Shown: positions 31,428 through 41,656 of the stretch, one piece after another
Layout: each line of letters starts with the position of its first letter
How positions within the stretch are numbered: position 1 is the stretch's first letter
From: Candidatus Bathyarchaeota archaeon
Lineage (GTDB): Archaea; Thermoproteota; Bathyarchaeia; 40CM-2-53-6; RBG-13-38-9
Assembly: GCA_963807605.1 (NCBI GenBank)
Contig: CAWECG010000003.1
Coordinates: 704,001 to 768,000 of the forward strand
Length of the DNA stretch: 64,000 bases
Direction of reading: 5' to 3'
Made by a program: the position numbers and the translations under genes
Notes under the pieces: model-generated
The model's database searches: none
The model's input: the letters and a program-made list of their open reading frames with translations, nothing else
What the model was told of the DNA's origin: nothing

Positions 31428-32090
31428 TTGGATAGCGAGGAAGTACGAATGGTCAGAAAGATTGCCTTGCAAGTTCTTCCCGAAACTCTAGAAAGAGACC
31501 TTGAAAGATACAGACAGACGGCTATAGAGTTAGGCGCAACAGATGCGAAGATAATCCCATCCAGTCAAGTGATAATTGATGAGAGAGTTCGCTTGAAGTG
31601 CATCTACCCGAAATGTAAATGGTATGGAACAAACATCAACTGCCCTCCATATGCAGTCGATCTAGAGACAATGAAAAAAGCATTGATCAAATACAATCGT
31701 GCGATCTTCTTTATGCTAGAGACGCCCTCAAAAGATTTCGTCGGACCTGACGTAGTGAAACTAGGAACGCATGTTAAGTGGACAAGAAAAGTGTATGAAA
31801 TTACCTCAAGGATCGAGGCTGCAGCCTTTTATGATGGCTACCATCTTGCGACGGGATTCGCAGGCGGCCCATGCAAATCTATCTTCTGTCCCGATGAGGA
31901 TTGCTCAGCCCTGAAGACGGGAACTGGATGCAGACATTACCTGAAATCGCGCTCCGCTATGGAGGGCGTTGGAATGGATGTCTTCACTATGGCGACTAGG
32001 ACAGGTTGGGAAGTATATCCATGTGGCGCCAGTCTGAAGCCCGAAGACGTTCCTCACGGAATCAGATGTGGATTGATTCTGATATACTAA
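31428..32090 (+). CDS. DUF2284 predicted metal-binding protein
   Basis: RVRLKC..PKC..YG....CPP, GGPC, MEGVGMDV. Confidence 0.85.
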   Translation: MDSEEVRMVRKIALQVLPETLERDLERYRQTAIELGATDAKIIPSSQVIIDERVRLKCIYPKCKWYGTNINCPPYAVDLETMKKALIKYNRAIFFMLETPSKDFVGPDVVKLGTHVKWTRKVYEITSRIEAAAFYDGYHLATGFAGGPCKSIFCPDEDCSALKTGTGCRHYLKSRSAMEGVGMDVFTMATRTGWEVYPCGASLKPEDVPHGIRCGLILIY

Positions 32091-32230
32091 GACTTGAGAT
32101 CTTATGAAAACTCGGTTTCTACTTCATCTATAATAGAGACTCCTTGAACTAGACACATTTTGAGAGAACAAAGCGCGCCGTGGATGATCTGAGCATGTAC
32201 CAGAGAGGAGTGTATTGGTGTGTGTGAACA

Positions 32231-34063
32231 ATGAGTGTAGCCGAACCGATTCTCGATTATGTCGAGTCTATCCGAACTGAGGCGTCCATCTCTCGTTCCA
32301 CTAATATGTTTAAGAATCTTCTCAGATATCACAAACCATTTATTCCCATCGTAATTGTTATTCTTGTTCTGGCAGCTGTCAGATCATATGCATTCATACT
32401 TGAGCCGCTGTATACCGCGGAGATAATTGATGAGGTAATCATTCAAGGCAAAAATGATCTCCTTTTAGGACTCGTATTGAAAATAGTGGCTGCCACAGGA
32501 GCTTATGCGGCACTCAACTTTGCAATAACGTATATTCAAGGTTATGTCGCACAACTCATCCTAAGGAACGTAAGATCAGACTATTACGCCTCTTTGCAAT
32601 CTAAGTCGTTCAAGTTTTACGATTCTACAGCTGTAGGGGACCTTGTGTCAAGAGCTACGATGGATCTACAGGGTGTAGAAGATTTTCTTAAAACATGGAT
32701 GGGAGTCTCAGCACACGCAATTTTCACTGGAATTCTGATGTTTATGGTAATGTACTCTATTAATCCTATAATGGCCCTGATAGCTGCGTTGCCTTTAGTG
32801 TTAATTTTCTATTTTCTAGCTCGACTTCAGATCAAGACCATGCCTCTATTCAGGAAAATGAATCTAATTCTAGGCAGGCTTGGTGCCTATGTGCAACAGA
32901 ACATTCTTGGAATGAAGGTTGTGCGAATATTCGAGAGAGAGGCAGAGATGGAAAAGGGATTTAGACAGGTTGAAGACCGATTTGTAGACATAGCGATCAC
33001 AGCCGGTAAACTTCAATCTAAATATATGCCGAGCTCCCCCGCCATTCTAACTCTTGGAATAGCACTAGTGTATCTTTACGGTGGTAATCTAATAGCTTCA
33101 CCATCATCTATCTTAACAATAGGAGAGCTGACACTCTTTGCCAGATATATGACGAGATTGACTATTCCACTTCGTGATTTGAGTGTGCTTGTTGGCGTCT
33201 GGGTAAATGCCTCAGCTGGACTAGAAAGAATCTTCGAGATCATGAAACGCCAAATAGAGGTCGAAGACAACCCCAACGCCAAGAACCTCGTCATAACCAT
33301 TGGCAAAGTGGAATTCAGAGATGTAACCTTCGGATATGCAAAGGATAAACCTGTATTGAGAAATGTAAGTTTCACAATTAGTCCAGGCGAGAGAATAGCA
33401 ATTCTCGGCTCCACAGGATCAGGAAAAACATCCCTGATCTATCTTATTCCGAGGTTCTATGATGTTGATTCCGGAAAAATACTGATCGATGATGTAGATG
33501 TCCGAAGTTTCAGACTTTCTTCTTTGAGGAAACAAATAGGCCTAGTGATGCAGAACGTATTCATCTTCACAGGCACTATCAGGAATAATATTGCATTCGG
33601 CAAACCTAATGCATCACTTGACGAGGTCATATCCGCAGCTAAGCTTGCTAAAATGCATGACTTCATAGAGGCACTTCCGGAAGGTTACAACACAATTGTC
33701 GGCGAAAGGGGAATAACACTCTCAGGCGGTCAAAGGCAGAGAATGACTATTGCTAGAACGCTTCTAACGAATCCAAGAATTTTGATTCTTGATGATTCCC
33801 TCTCCTTTGTGGATGCGAGGACTGAGAAGGACATTCAGGAAGCTATAGAGAAAGCCATGGAAGGCAGAACCTGCTTCATGATCGCTCAAAGACTATCAAC
33901 CATAAAGAACGCTGATAGAATAATGTTGCTTGACGAAGGCGAGATTGTTGAATTTGGGACACACCGTGAACTTCTAGCCAAGGGAGGCATATACAAGCGG
34001 ATATACGAGACACAGTTCCTTGAGAAGGACCCTGAACTGACACTTCAGACCGAGGAGAAATAA
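32231..34063 (+). CDS. ABC exporter subunit (TMD+NBD), consensus half
   Basis: GSTGSGKT, LSGGQRQR, ILDD. Confidence 0.95.
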   Translation: MSVAEPILDYVESIRTEASISRSTNMFKNLLRYHKPFIPIVIVILVLAAVRSYAFILEPLYTAEIIDEVIIQGKNDLLLGLVLKIVAATGAYAALNFAITYIQGYVAQLILRNVRSDYYASLQSKSFKFYDSTAVGDLVSRATMDLQGVEDFLKTWMGVSAHAIFTGILMFMVMYSINPIMALIAALPLVLIFYFLARLQIKTMPLFRKMNLILGRLGAYVQQNILGMKVVRIFEREAEMEKGFRQVEDRFVDIAITAGKLQSKYMPSSPAILTLGIALVYLYGGNLIASPSSILTIGELTLFARYMTRLTIPLRDLSVLVGVWVNASAGLERIFEIMKRQIEVEDNPNAKNLVITIGKVEFRDVTFGYAKDKPVLRNVSFTISPGERIAILGSTGSGKTSLIYLIPRFYDVDSGKILIDDVDVRSFRLSSLRKQIGLVMQNVFIFTGTIRNNIAFGKPNASLDEVISAAKLAKMHDFIEALPEGYNTIVGERGITLSGGQRQRMTIARTLLTNPRILILDDSLSFVDARTEKDIQEAIEKAMEGRTCFMIAQRLSTIKNADRIMLLDEGEIVEFGTHRELLAKGGIYKRIYETQFLEKDPELTLQTEEK

Positions 34064-35899
34064 ATGTCAAGTCCCTTCGGCGTTTTCTCAACAGCATATG
34101 AGGAATCTAGGAAACGGACGAACTCTGACAGGATTCTCTTAGGCAGAATATACAAATACGCTGGTCCGAACAAGAGAAATCTCCAAGCAGGCGTAACTGC
34201 TATTGTACTCAGTTCAATAACAGGGCTATTCTCACCATATTTGCACATGATCGCCATAGATCAAATAATTCAACCGAAGAATCTTTCAGGGTTCCTTTGG
34301 TGGATTCCTCTTTTCGTGTTCGTGACGATAAGTAGCTATTTGTTTCAGTACCTTCAAGTCTTCCAGATGAGGATTGTCGGAGAAAATGTCGTAGCTAGGA
34401 TGAGGGATGAGATGATGGCCCGACAGCAAGTGATCTCCCTCAGATACTTCTCCGAGGGAGAAATTGGAAGAATTATGTCAAGACTCGTAAATGACGCCAA
34501 TAACGTCAGAATATTTCTACGCATGGGATTGACGAGTATTGTTGTAGATACAGCTTCAATTCTAGGCTCGTTGATCATGATATTCATCCTCAACGTAAAG
34601 CTTGCTTTCATAGCTGTTGGCATTCTTCCAGTCGCAATAGTTGTGGGGTGGTTTTTAGGTAACTACTCAAGAAGAGCCTACAGAAGATCGCTCTCGAGCC
34701 TTGCGGGATTAGCCGGTCGAATACAAGAAAACCTCTCAGGCATGAAAGTGATAAAATCGTTTGCGCGTGAGCAAGAGACAGCAAGAGAATTTGAGAAAGT
34801 TCACAGTCAAACTGTTAAGGCAAACCTTAGAACGGTCAAGATTTCAGCTTCGTATCAACCCGCAGTCCTCTGTATGAGGGTAGTTGGCACCGCACTAATA
34901 CTCTGGTTTGGTGCGATTATGGTCCAAAGCGGAGAGATCAGCTTAGGAACGCTTGTGGCATTTACAGAGTACCAGTTCTTGTACTTCTTGCCATTTATAG
35001 ATCTGACAACGGTCTACGACCAATATCAGTCAGCCATGGCTGCGCTTGAGAGAATGTTCGACTTAATTGATACAGAGGTCGAAGTCAAGGATCCACCTCC
35101 ATCCAAAAAAGTAGAAATCGATACGATAAGGAATATTGGATTCGAGAATGTCACTTTTGGGTATGACCCTAGCAATCCAGTAGTTAGGGAGGTAAGTTTC
35201 ACCCTTGAGGGAGAGAAGAAACTTGCCATAGTTGGACCGACCGGTGCAGGAAAAAGTACAATAATAAATCTTCTGGCAAGATTTTATGATCCGCTTGACG
35301 GGAAAATAACTATCAACGGTGAAGATGCTAGGAATATTGGATTATACAACCTCCGCGAACACATGGGAATAGTTCTTCAAGATTCTTTTCTCTTTCCGAT
35401 AAGTATCAAGAACAATATCAGATTCGGAAGGCCTGACGCATCCGACGATGAAGTGGTCCAAGTAGCCAAGGCCGTTGGTGCACATCAATTCATAATGACG
35501 CTACCGGGAAGCTATGACTATGTAATACAGGAGGAGTCTTCAAACGTCTCGATAGGACAAAGGCAGCTGATAAGCTTCGCTCGGACCCTTTTGATGAATC
35601 CCCAACTCCTTATTCTTGACGAGGCCACCTCAAGTATCGATCCCTACACTGAACTTGTCATACAAAATGCGTTGAGGAGGCTTCTTCAAAACAGGCTGGC
35701 AATAATAATCGCACATAGACTCTCAACAATAAGACTCTGCGATGAAATCATAGTCATAGATGAGGGGAGGATAGTGGAAAGAGGAACGCACGTGGAGCTT
35801 ATGAAGAAGGGGGGGCTGTACAGCTCGTTTTATAGAATGCAGTTTAAAGAGGAGGAGGGCTTCGAAATGTTGGACACCCTTGCACAATCCCGACCGTGA
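34064..35899 (+). CDS. ABC exporter subunit (TMD+NBD), heterodimer partner
   Basis: GPTGAGKST, VSIGQRQ, LDEATS, AHRL. Confidence 0.95.
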   Translation: MSSPFGVFSTAYEESRKRTNSDRILLGRIYKYAGPNKRNLQAGVTAIVLSSITGLFSPYLHMIAIDQIIQPKNLSGFLWWIPLFVFVTISSYLFQYLQVFQMRIVGENVVARMRDEMMARQQVISLRYFSEGEIGRIMSRLVNDANNVRIFLRMGLTSIVVDTASILGSLIMIFILNVKLAFIAVGILPVAIVVGWFLGNYSRRAYRRSLSSLAGLAGRIQENLSGMKVIKSFAREQETAREFEKVHSQTVKANLRTVKISASYQPAVLCMRVVGTALILWFGAIMVQSGEISLGTLVAFTEYQFLYFLPFIDLTTVYDQYQSAMAALERMFDLIDTEVEVKDPPPSKKVEIDTIRNIGFENVTFGYDPSNPVVREVSFTLEGEKKLAIVGPTGAGKSTIINLLARFYDPLDGKITINGEDARNIGLYNLREHMGIVLQDSFLFPISIKNNIRFGRPDASDDEVVQVAKAVGAHQFIMTLPGSYDYVIQEESSNVSIGQRQLISFARTLLMNPQLLILDEATSSIDPYTELVIQNALRRLLQNRLAIIIAHRLSTIRLCDEIIVIDEGRIVERGTHVELMKKGGLYSSFYRMQFKEEEGFEMLDTLAQSRP

Positions 35900-36161
35900 T
35901 CTACGTAGGAGTGCACACTATTCGATTGTAAAGTCGCGTTATACGACGGTTTCGCGCGCTTCACTTCCGCTTGTAGTGTTGATTACCTGAGATGGAGACG
36001 ATTGATCAGTTGGCCTCCGCTTTTTCTTAAGGACGAAAACCCCGGCGAGCGCGCGCTAAAGTAATAGGACCTTACCATTACTTGATCACCGCCAAGTTAT
36101 AGCTTGAAGTTGGAAAGAAGGGCATGTGACGAAGACCGGATACTGCAGTCAATGTTTGCGA

Positions 36162-36644
36162 TCAAATATCTTTATACATTACGACCATGTGCCTGCCCGG
36201 ACCGTTGTAGTCCTTCACGGCTTTGACGCCGTCTAGATCTATCAGATCTCCCTCTTCAGAGAGTTTGAAACCTAGATTATGATGAAAGCTTAATGAATGC
36301 TTGTTTATGGGGTTAATTATCAAGCAAGCCTTGCGACAGCCCATTTTACTCACAACTTCAAAGAATCTGTTGTAGAGGTCTGTCGCAATCTTCCTTCTCC
36401 TCATCTCAGGAATGACGCATACGTCGTGTAGGTATGCTATGGCGGAGTCCAGCTGTGAGACCCATCCAAGAAGAAAGCCCACAATCTTGTCCTCATCTTC
36501 CGCTATCAGACAAGTATTGGCGAAATATCTTGTGAGGTCATGGTAGATGGAATCTCTTTCAACAGGCATTGGTGCACAGCTGGCTGCGATGCCCATTATT
36601 TCCAGAAAGTCTTCCTCTCGCACGCTTCTAATTCTTATCGTCAC
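36162..36644 (-). CDS. GNAT acetyltransferase
   Basis: V.PE.RRR..A, N..S..FH..LGF, DYNGPG. Confidence 0.85.
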   Translation of the reverse strand: MTIRIRSVREEDFLEIMGIAASCAPMPVERDSIYHDLTRYFANTCLIAEDEDKIVGFLLGWVSQLDSAIAYLHDVCVIPEMRRRKIATDLYNRFFEVVSKMGCRKACLIINPINKHSLSFHHNLGFKLSEEGDLIDLDGVKAVKDYNGPGRHMVVMYKDI

Positions 36645-36782
36645 CAGGGAGAACCTCCAAACTATTGCACAGATAATTAGCCGGTCTCTACTCTAAACTG
36701 ACTCGTAAAAAGAAGTAAGAGACACGTTTTCTTTAGGCTTTCTACTTTCTAGGCGCGCTAGCTATCGCTTATAGCCGACAAT

Positions 36783-36965
36783 TCAGAATAACATGAAGAA
36801 TAGTGCCGAAAAAACTAAGGAAATGATAGCCGTAAAACCTGTACTGAAAGAGTTTACAAACTCGTTATTCAGCGCGCGCGCTTTCCTCAAAAACTCAGCC
36901 ACACCGATCACAAGAAAAACATAAAAAGTTAACGCGATGCCCAGAATATCTCCCAGATAATCCAT
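36783..36965 (-). pseudogene. Internally deleted phytol/dolichol-kinase-like + DUF92 gene, joined at a (CG)5 palindrome
   Basis: N-term MDYLGDILGIALTFYVFLVIGVAEFLRK, junction ARA = GCGCGCGCG, C-term LNNEFVN...(DUF92-like end). Confidence 0.6.
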
Positions 36966-37079
36966 GCGATACGACCCCTTTTCTTGTCAAGAAAAGCATG
37001 ATCTAGGATCTTACATTAATGTCAAACCCTGCTCACTCTTTGGTGATCTCGCTGTTGACGCCCTGATAATGGAGGCTTC

Positions 37080-37676
37080 TTATTTTAGGTAGAGTTGTAT
37101 TTGCAAAAGCGTTAATCCAACAGTTAGTAGCGCGCCTGCTGCCACCTGGTTCAGGTCGTGTGCTCCGAGTTTGAGCCTAGCCCAGCCGATAGGAAAAATC
37201 AGCGCAAAAAATGGAACCATTATTGCTCCGAGCTGGAGGAGTAGAAAGGTAGCTGGACCTGTCAGTCCTGAAGCGTGTATACTTATCTTCCATGTCTGGC
37301 TTATCATCATCATAACAATAGAGTTGACTATGTAACATGCCATCAGAGCAATCAAGCTTTGGGGCGCTTGGACGATTACGAGAATGATTATACCTGCAAC
37401 GCAGCTGGCGATTGCTGCGATGAACGGTTTTGTACGTGTTCTTCTGTCCGACGCATACATATCCGGAATAATGCCTCTCTTCACCATAAGGCGGATCATG
37501 ACAAGTGGGAAAAAGCATGCAAACACTGAGGTTATGACTAGCAGCAATAACGTCGAGGAGGGGTGGATGGAGAGGATGAGAATTGTAAATGCGTACAATG
37601 CGGTGAAGGGCGCGTTGAAGACTGCCGATATTGCTTCAGCAATTCTCACTTGTGTATCCTTCAGATCGATCCACAC
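37080..37676 (-). CDS. PAP2-related membrane protein
   Basis: R..R..P, WKIS.HA.G, WAR..L.AH...QV..G. Confidence 0.8.
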   Translation of the reverse strand: MWIDLKDTQVRIAEAISAVFNAPFTALYAFTILILSIHPSSTLLLLVITSVFACFFPLVMIRLMVKRGIIPDMYASDRRTRTKPFIAAIASCVAGIIILVIVQAPQSLIALMACYIVNSIVMMMISQTWKISIHASGLTGPATFLLLQLGAIMVPFFALIFPIGWARLKLGAHDLNQVAAGALLTVGLTLLQIQLYLK

Positions 37677-37820
37677 GCATTGCAGTATGTCCTTTGAACC
37701 GGATATGGTTCGAGGCTTTTCTCTCTTTCTTCAAGACTGTTTTAATCTGCTACGAAGACAGACTTAGCTCTAGATTCCTCAGACCATGATAGTAGTGAGG
37801 TGGGCTAAATGCACGCGCTT

Positions 37821-39185
37821 TCATAGTCTGCTTGGGGCAGGGGATATGAATCCCTCTTTCTCCAGTACTTTCAATGACTTCTGATATTTGGATATCCGAC
37901 GCTCGGCGCTTTCTCTCAAAGCCTCGAAGCCTAGTTTCACTCTGGCTAGTCCAGTGTCCACTGCGGCTTTTCCTACGGCAGCCGCCACTCTTGGATACAG
38001 GGCTGAGTTCGCCATTGAAGGTATGATAATGTCCTCTCTTAGGCCCTGCTCTTTAGCACATTTCGCTATTTCATGAGCCGCTGAGAGCATCATAGCTGTG
38101 TTTATGCCTCTTGCTCTTACATCAAGGATGCCCCGAAAGACCCCTGGAAAGGCTATTGAGTTGTTGACTTGGTTAGGATAGTCTGGTCGTCCTGTGGCAA
38201 CTATCTTAGCTCCAGCTTTCGTTGCTTCTTCTGGAAGTATTTCTGGTACTGGATTGGCCAAGGCGAAGACTACCGGTTTATCGGCCATCATTGAGATCAT
38301 GTCTCCAGTTATCACTCCTGGTCCGGGTTGGGATAGACCGATAACTACATCCGCCCCCTTGAAGGCATCGTGAATTCCACCCTTGACTCCTTTCTTGTTT
38401 GTTATCTTAGCCATTTGAGCCTTGTATTTGTCCAGATCTCCTCTCTCATCATAGATGACCCCCTTGCTATCTACCATAAGGATATTTTCAGACTTGACTC
38501 CGGCTTCGATCAGTAACCTTGTTACGCCTATGGCTGCGGTGCCAGCGCCAATGACAGTGACGCGAAGTGCACTCAGCTTCTTTCCTACAACTTCTAGTGC
38601 ATTCAGTAGACCCGCAAGGACGACTATGGCTGTTCCCTGATAGTCGTCGTAAAACACGGGGGTTTCCAGTTCCTTCGTTAGTCTTTCAAATATGTAGAAG
38701 GACTTTGGGGCATCTATATCCTCTAGGTTGATTCCGCCGAATGATGGTGCAATCCATTTAGTCGCCTGCACTATCTCATCCGGGTCCTGTGTTGAGAGGC
38801 ATATCGGGAAGGCGTCAACATCGCCTAGGTATTTGAAGATAAGAGCCTTGCCCTCCATCACCGGTAGCCCAGCCCTTCCAATGTTACCGAGTCCCATAAC
38901 TCTCGAACCATCTGTGACGATAGCGACCATGTTCCCTACGTTAGTGTACTCGAAAACTTTCTCCGGATCCTTTTCAATCTCTTTGCAGGGATCAGCTACC
39001 CCCGGGGTATACCACACTGCAAAGTCTTCAAAAGACTTGACTGGAACTTTGGATGTTATAGCCAGCTTTCCTCGGTAGAACTTATGCCACTCATTCGCTA
39101 TCTTTCCATAGGGTTTGGACATTGCCTCTTTCATCAAGATGTGATACTGTGCCCCTTGATATCTTTCTTCTGGACACACTGACAT
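37821..39185 (-). CDS. NAD(P)-dependent malic enzyme
   Basis: WYTPGVA, PVMEGKA, FGGINLEDI, GAGTAA, NQVNN. Confidence 0.95.
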   Translation of the reverse strand: MSVCPEERYQGAQYHILMKEAMSKPYGKIANEWHKFYRGKLAITSKVPVKSFEDFAVWYTPGVADPCKEIEKDPEKVFEYTNVGNMVAIVTDGSRVMGLGNIGRAGLPVMEGKALIFKYLGDVDAFPICLSTQDPDEIVQATKWIAPSFGGINLEDIDAPKSFYIFERLTKELETPVFYDDYQGTAIVVLAGLLNALEVVGKKLSALRVTVIGAGTAAIGVTRLLIEAGVKSENILMVDSKGVIYDERGDLDKYKAQMAKITNKKGVKGGIHDAFKGADVVIGLSQPGPGVITGDMISMMADKPVVFALANPVPEILPEEATKAGAKIVATGRPDYPNQVNNSIAFPGVFRGILDVRARGINTAMMLSAAHEIAKCAKEQGLREDIIIPSMANSALYPRVAAAVGKAAVDTGLARVKLGFEALRESAERRISKYQKSLKVLEKEGFISPAPSRL

Positions 39186-39319
39186 TGGCCGTTGGGATCT
39201 CTGTCATCAGATTCACGTCATTCGACGAGACACAAGATCCGCCGTAGGGGAAAAGACGCAAAAGTGAAGTCTTCAAGCCATTATTGCTTGGTTTGGATGA
39301 TTATGCACGGCGCGTTCTT

Positions 39320-39454
39320 ATGAAGCCTGAAGAAAAAGAAAGATCCCCCATCTGTAAATGTGCAAATTGCGGTCAAATAATCGAATTCTGCACTAGGGAC
39401 AATCCCTGCCCGATTTGTGGTAGCTCTTCATTCACAGTTGAATACAGCAAATAA
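39320..39454 (+). CDS. Zinc-ribbon microprotein (44 aa)
   Basis: MKPEEKERSPICKCANCGQIIEFCTRDNPCPICGSSSFTVEYSK; two CxxC motifs. Confidence 0.6.
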   Translation: MKPEEKERSPICKCANCGQIIEFCTRDNPCPICGSSSFTVEYSK

Positions 39455-39550
39455 CAGATAATTCAGCTAAAATCCTTGTTCATAGTTCGCCAGAATCTCC
39501 ACGAAGAGCCGTAGCCCTCGATCTCACGGGCTAGCATGATCATTGTGGAG

Positions 39551-40060
39551 TCAGTTTGCTCTGAGCTCCTTGAATGCTAATTCGACAGCTTCTGTAACGG
39601 AATCCGCTGATAGAATCTCGTCCCCATCAATTACTGCCCCTGCCATCCTCTCAGCAATGCCTCCTGAGGATCTTAACGCGATAACCTTCTTGCCAGCCTT
39701 CAGTGCTAACCCAATCTCTGACAGGGTCCCAGCGCCTCCGTGTACTGCAATCACCACGTTAGCAGACCTGACGTTTATCGCGTTTCTTGCGTCTCCCATA
39801 CCGGTTACTACGAAAATGTCAAGGTATGGGTTAGCGTCTTTCTCAGACCCAGGGAGGATCCCAACTGTAAGGCCCTTGCTATCTTTTGCCCCCTTGCAAA
39901 CGGCCTCCATGACGCCACCTCTGCCGCCAGTGATGAGGACGGCTCCCCCACTTGCTATGGCCCGCCCTAATTCCTCAGCCATCTCATAGACTCTTGAGGG
40001 AATTTTACCGCTACTCCCAATAACGGCAATCTGCTTCATTTCTACGGCCTCTTCATCCAC
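39551..40060 (-). CDS. LOG family / TIGR00725 Rossmann-fold protein
   Basis: TGGRGGVMEA, TVGILP, ARN..N, GGAGTLSE. Confidence 0.9.
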   Translation of the reverse strand: MDEEAVEMKQIAVIGSSGKIPSRVYEMAEELGRAIASGGAVLITGGRGGVMEAVCKGAKDSKGLTVGILPGSEKDANPYLDIFVVTGMGDARNAINVRSANVVIAVHGGAGTLSEIGLALKAGKKVIALRSSGGIAERMAGAVIDGDEILSADSVTEAVELAFKELRAN

Positions 40061-40295
40061 CTGTCTAGTTCTTGCTGACTTACTAGCTGCAATAGGAATA
40101 TAGGACTATTATCGGCTGAAAATTAAACCGTGAAATCATGAAATAGTAAAGTCTTCAAGTCATACACGCGAGTTACTGCCAGAATAATTACCCAAGATCT
40201 CTTCTTCGTCCTTATGTTTAGTCACTCGTTACGCCCCGACCTATTTGTGCGTGCATGCATGCTCAACCTTTTAGTCTCCGTAATTTTAAGTAAGC

Positions 40296-41606
40296 TTGGT
40301 GCTTAGAGTGCTCAGGCAGCGGTCTTCCGTGTTTTCTCTTGAGCTTTTTTCTCGTTGCGGGTGCCTCACTCTAGCTCTTATGCTCTTGATTGCGGCATCT
40401 TCTCCTCAAGGTTTTGCTCAAAACATATCGAACAAAGTGGTTGTTGTGAATTTCTCCTATAACGTTGACCCTGGAACGACATCTCTTGTAAACAGAGTTG
40501 TGAAGTTGGCTGAAAGTGAACGCGTCTCAGCCATAGTCATACAGATTAACACTCCCGGGGGCCTGCTGAAGGACACCCTCTCCATCATTTCCAGTATTAG
40601 TCAAGCAAACGAATCAGGTGTGCCCACCTACGCCTATGTTCCACCAAATTCTTTGGCCGCCTCTGCCGGTAGCTACATTGCCCAAGCGACCAACCGGATA
40701 ATCATGGGTGAGGGTTCAGTAATAGGTCCGTCAACCGCGATAGTCGTCGGCGGATCCCCTCTTGAGCAGAACCATACCGAAGCAGCTGCACTCAAACTGA
40801 TGGTAAGCTTAGCGACAAGATGGGGTAGAAATGCGACAAGCGCTTACAACATGGTCTACTCAGACCAAGCCTACTCGGCAGAAGAAGCCTACCGCAACCA
40901 TCTTGTTAATGGTATTGCTAACTCCTTGACTGAAGCTCTTGACAAGCTAGGGCTTTCAGGTAAAGAAGTTGTCATTGTGGAAGAGAATGCTTACGAGCAA
41001 TTCCTTAGCGCGGTCAGCAACCCCATCCTAGCTGGAATACTTGTAATGCTCGGAGTACTCGCCATAGTTATAGATCTCTATCATCCTACTGTACTTCTTA
41101 CAGTTGCAGGAGTCCTCTCCCTTGTTGCAGGACTGGTAGGGGTAGAAGTAGTTGGGGCTTCAATCTTGGGCTTCTTGATAATAGTGATAGGCGCAGCGAT
41201 GTTACTTCTAGAACTCAAATTAGGACACGGATTTATGATGATGATTGGAGTCTTAGCTGGAACAATAGGCGTTTACCTACTAGCCCAGGGGCTTTACTAT
41301 TATGGTTCTTCACCTATCAATCTCTGGGCTCAGACAGAACTCTTCAGCTTAGTTCTTGCGGGTATATTGGGCGGATTGTATATGAAGTGGATAATTGGTC
41401 CACTCAGGCGTAGACCAGCTCTGGTAGGTCCGGAGTCATTAGTAGGGAAAACCAGCATCGCTGTGACGAATCTCTCACCAGAGGGCGAGGTCAGGGTTGA
41501 TGGCATAATCTGGCGGGCAAGAAGTATCTCTGGTAACGTGGTTGCGGGAGAGAGCGTGAAAGTCAGATCTAGGGAGGGATTGGTTCTCTTGGTGGAAAAG
41601 AAATGA
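40296..41606 (+). CDS. nfeD: NfeD membrane-bound serine protease
   Basis: NTPGG, AASAG, TMs, C-terminal OB fold G.V.V.G..W.A. Confidence 0.9.
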   Translation: MVLRVLRQRSSVFSLELFSRCGCLTLALMLLIAASSPQGFAQNISNKVVVVNFSYNVDPGTTSLVNRVVKLAESERVSAIVIQINTPGGLLKDTLSIISSISQANESGVPTYAYVPPNSLAASAGSYIAQATNRIIMGEGSVIGPSTAIVVGGSPLEQNHTEAAALKLMVSLATRWGRNATSAYNMVYSDQAYSAEEAYRNHLVNGIANSLTEALDKLGLSGKEVVIVEENAYEQFLSAVSNPILAGILVMLGVLAIVIDLYHPTVLLTVAGVLSLVAGLVGVEVVGASILGFLIIVIGAAMLLLELKLGHGFMMMIGVLAGTIGVYLLAQGLYYYGSSPINLWAQTELFSLVLAGILGGLYMKWIIGPLRRRPALVGPESLVGKTSIAVTNLSPEGEVRVDGIIWRARSISGNVVAGESVKVRSREGLVLLVEKK

Positions 41607-41656
41607 CGTTAGGGTTCGAGAACCCTAATAAGAAAACAAGTTCCTATTGAGATGTA

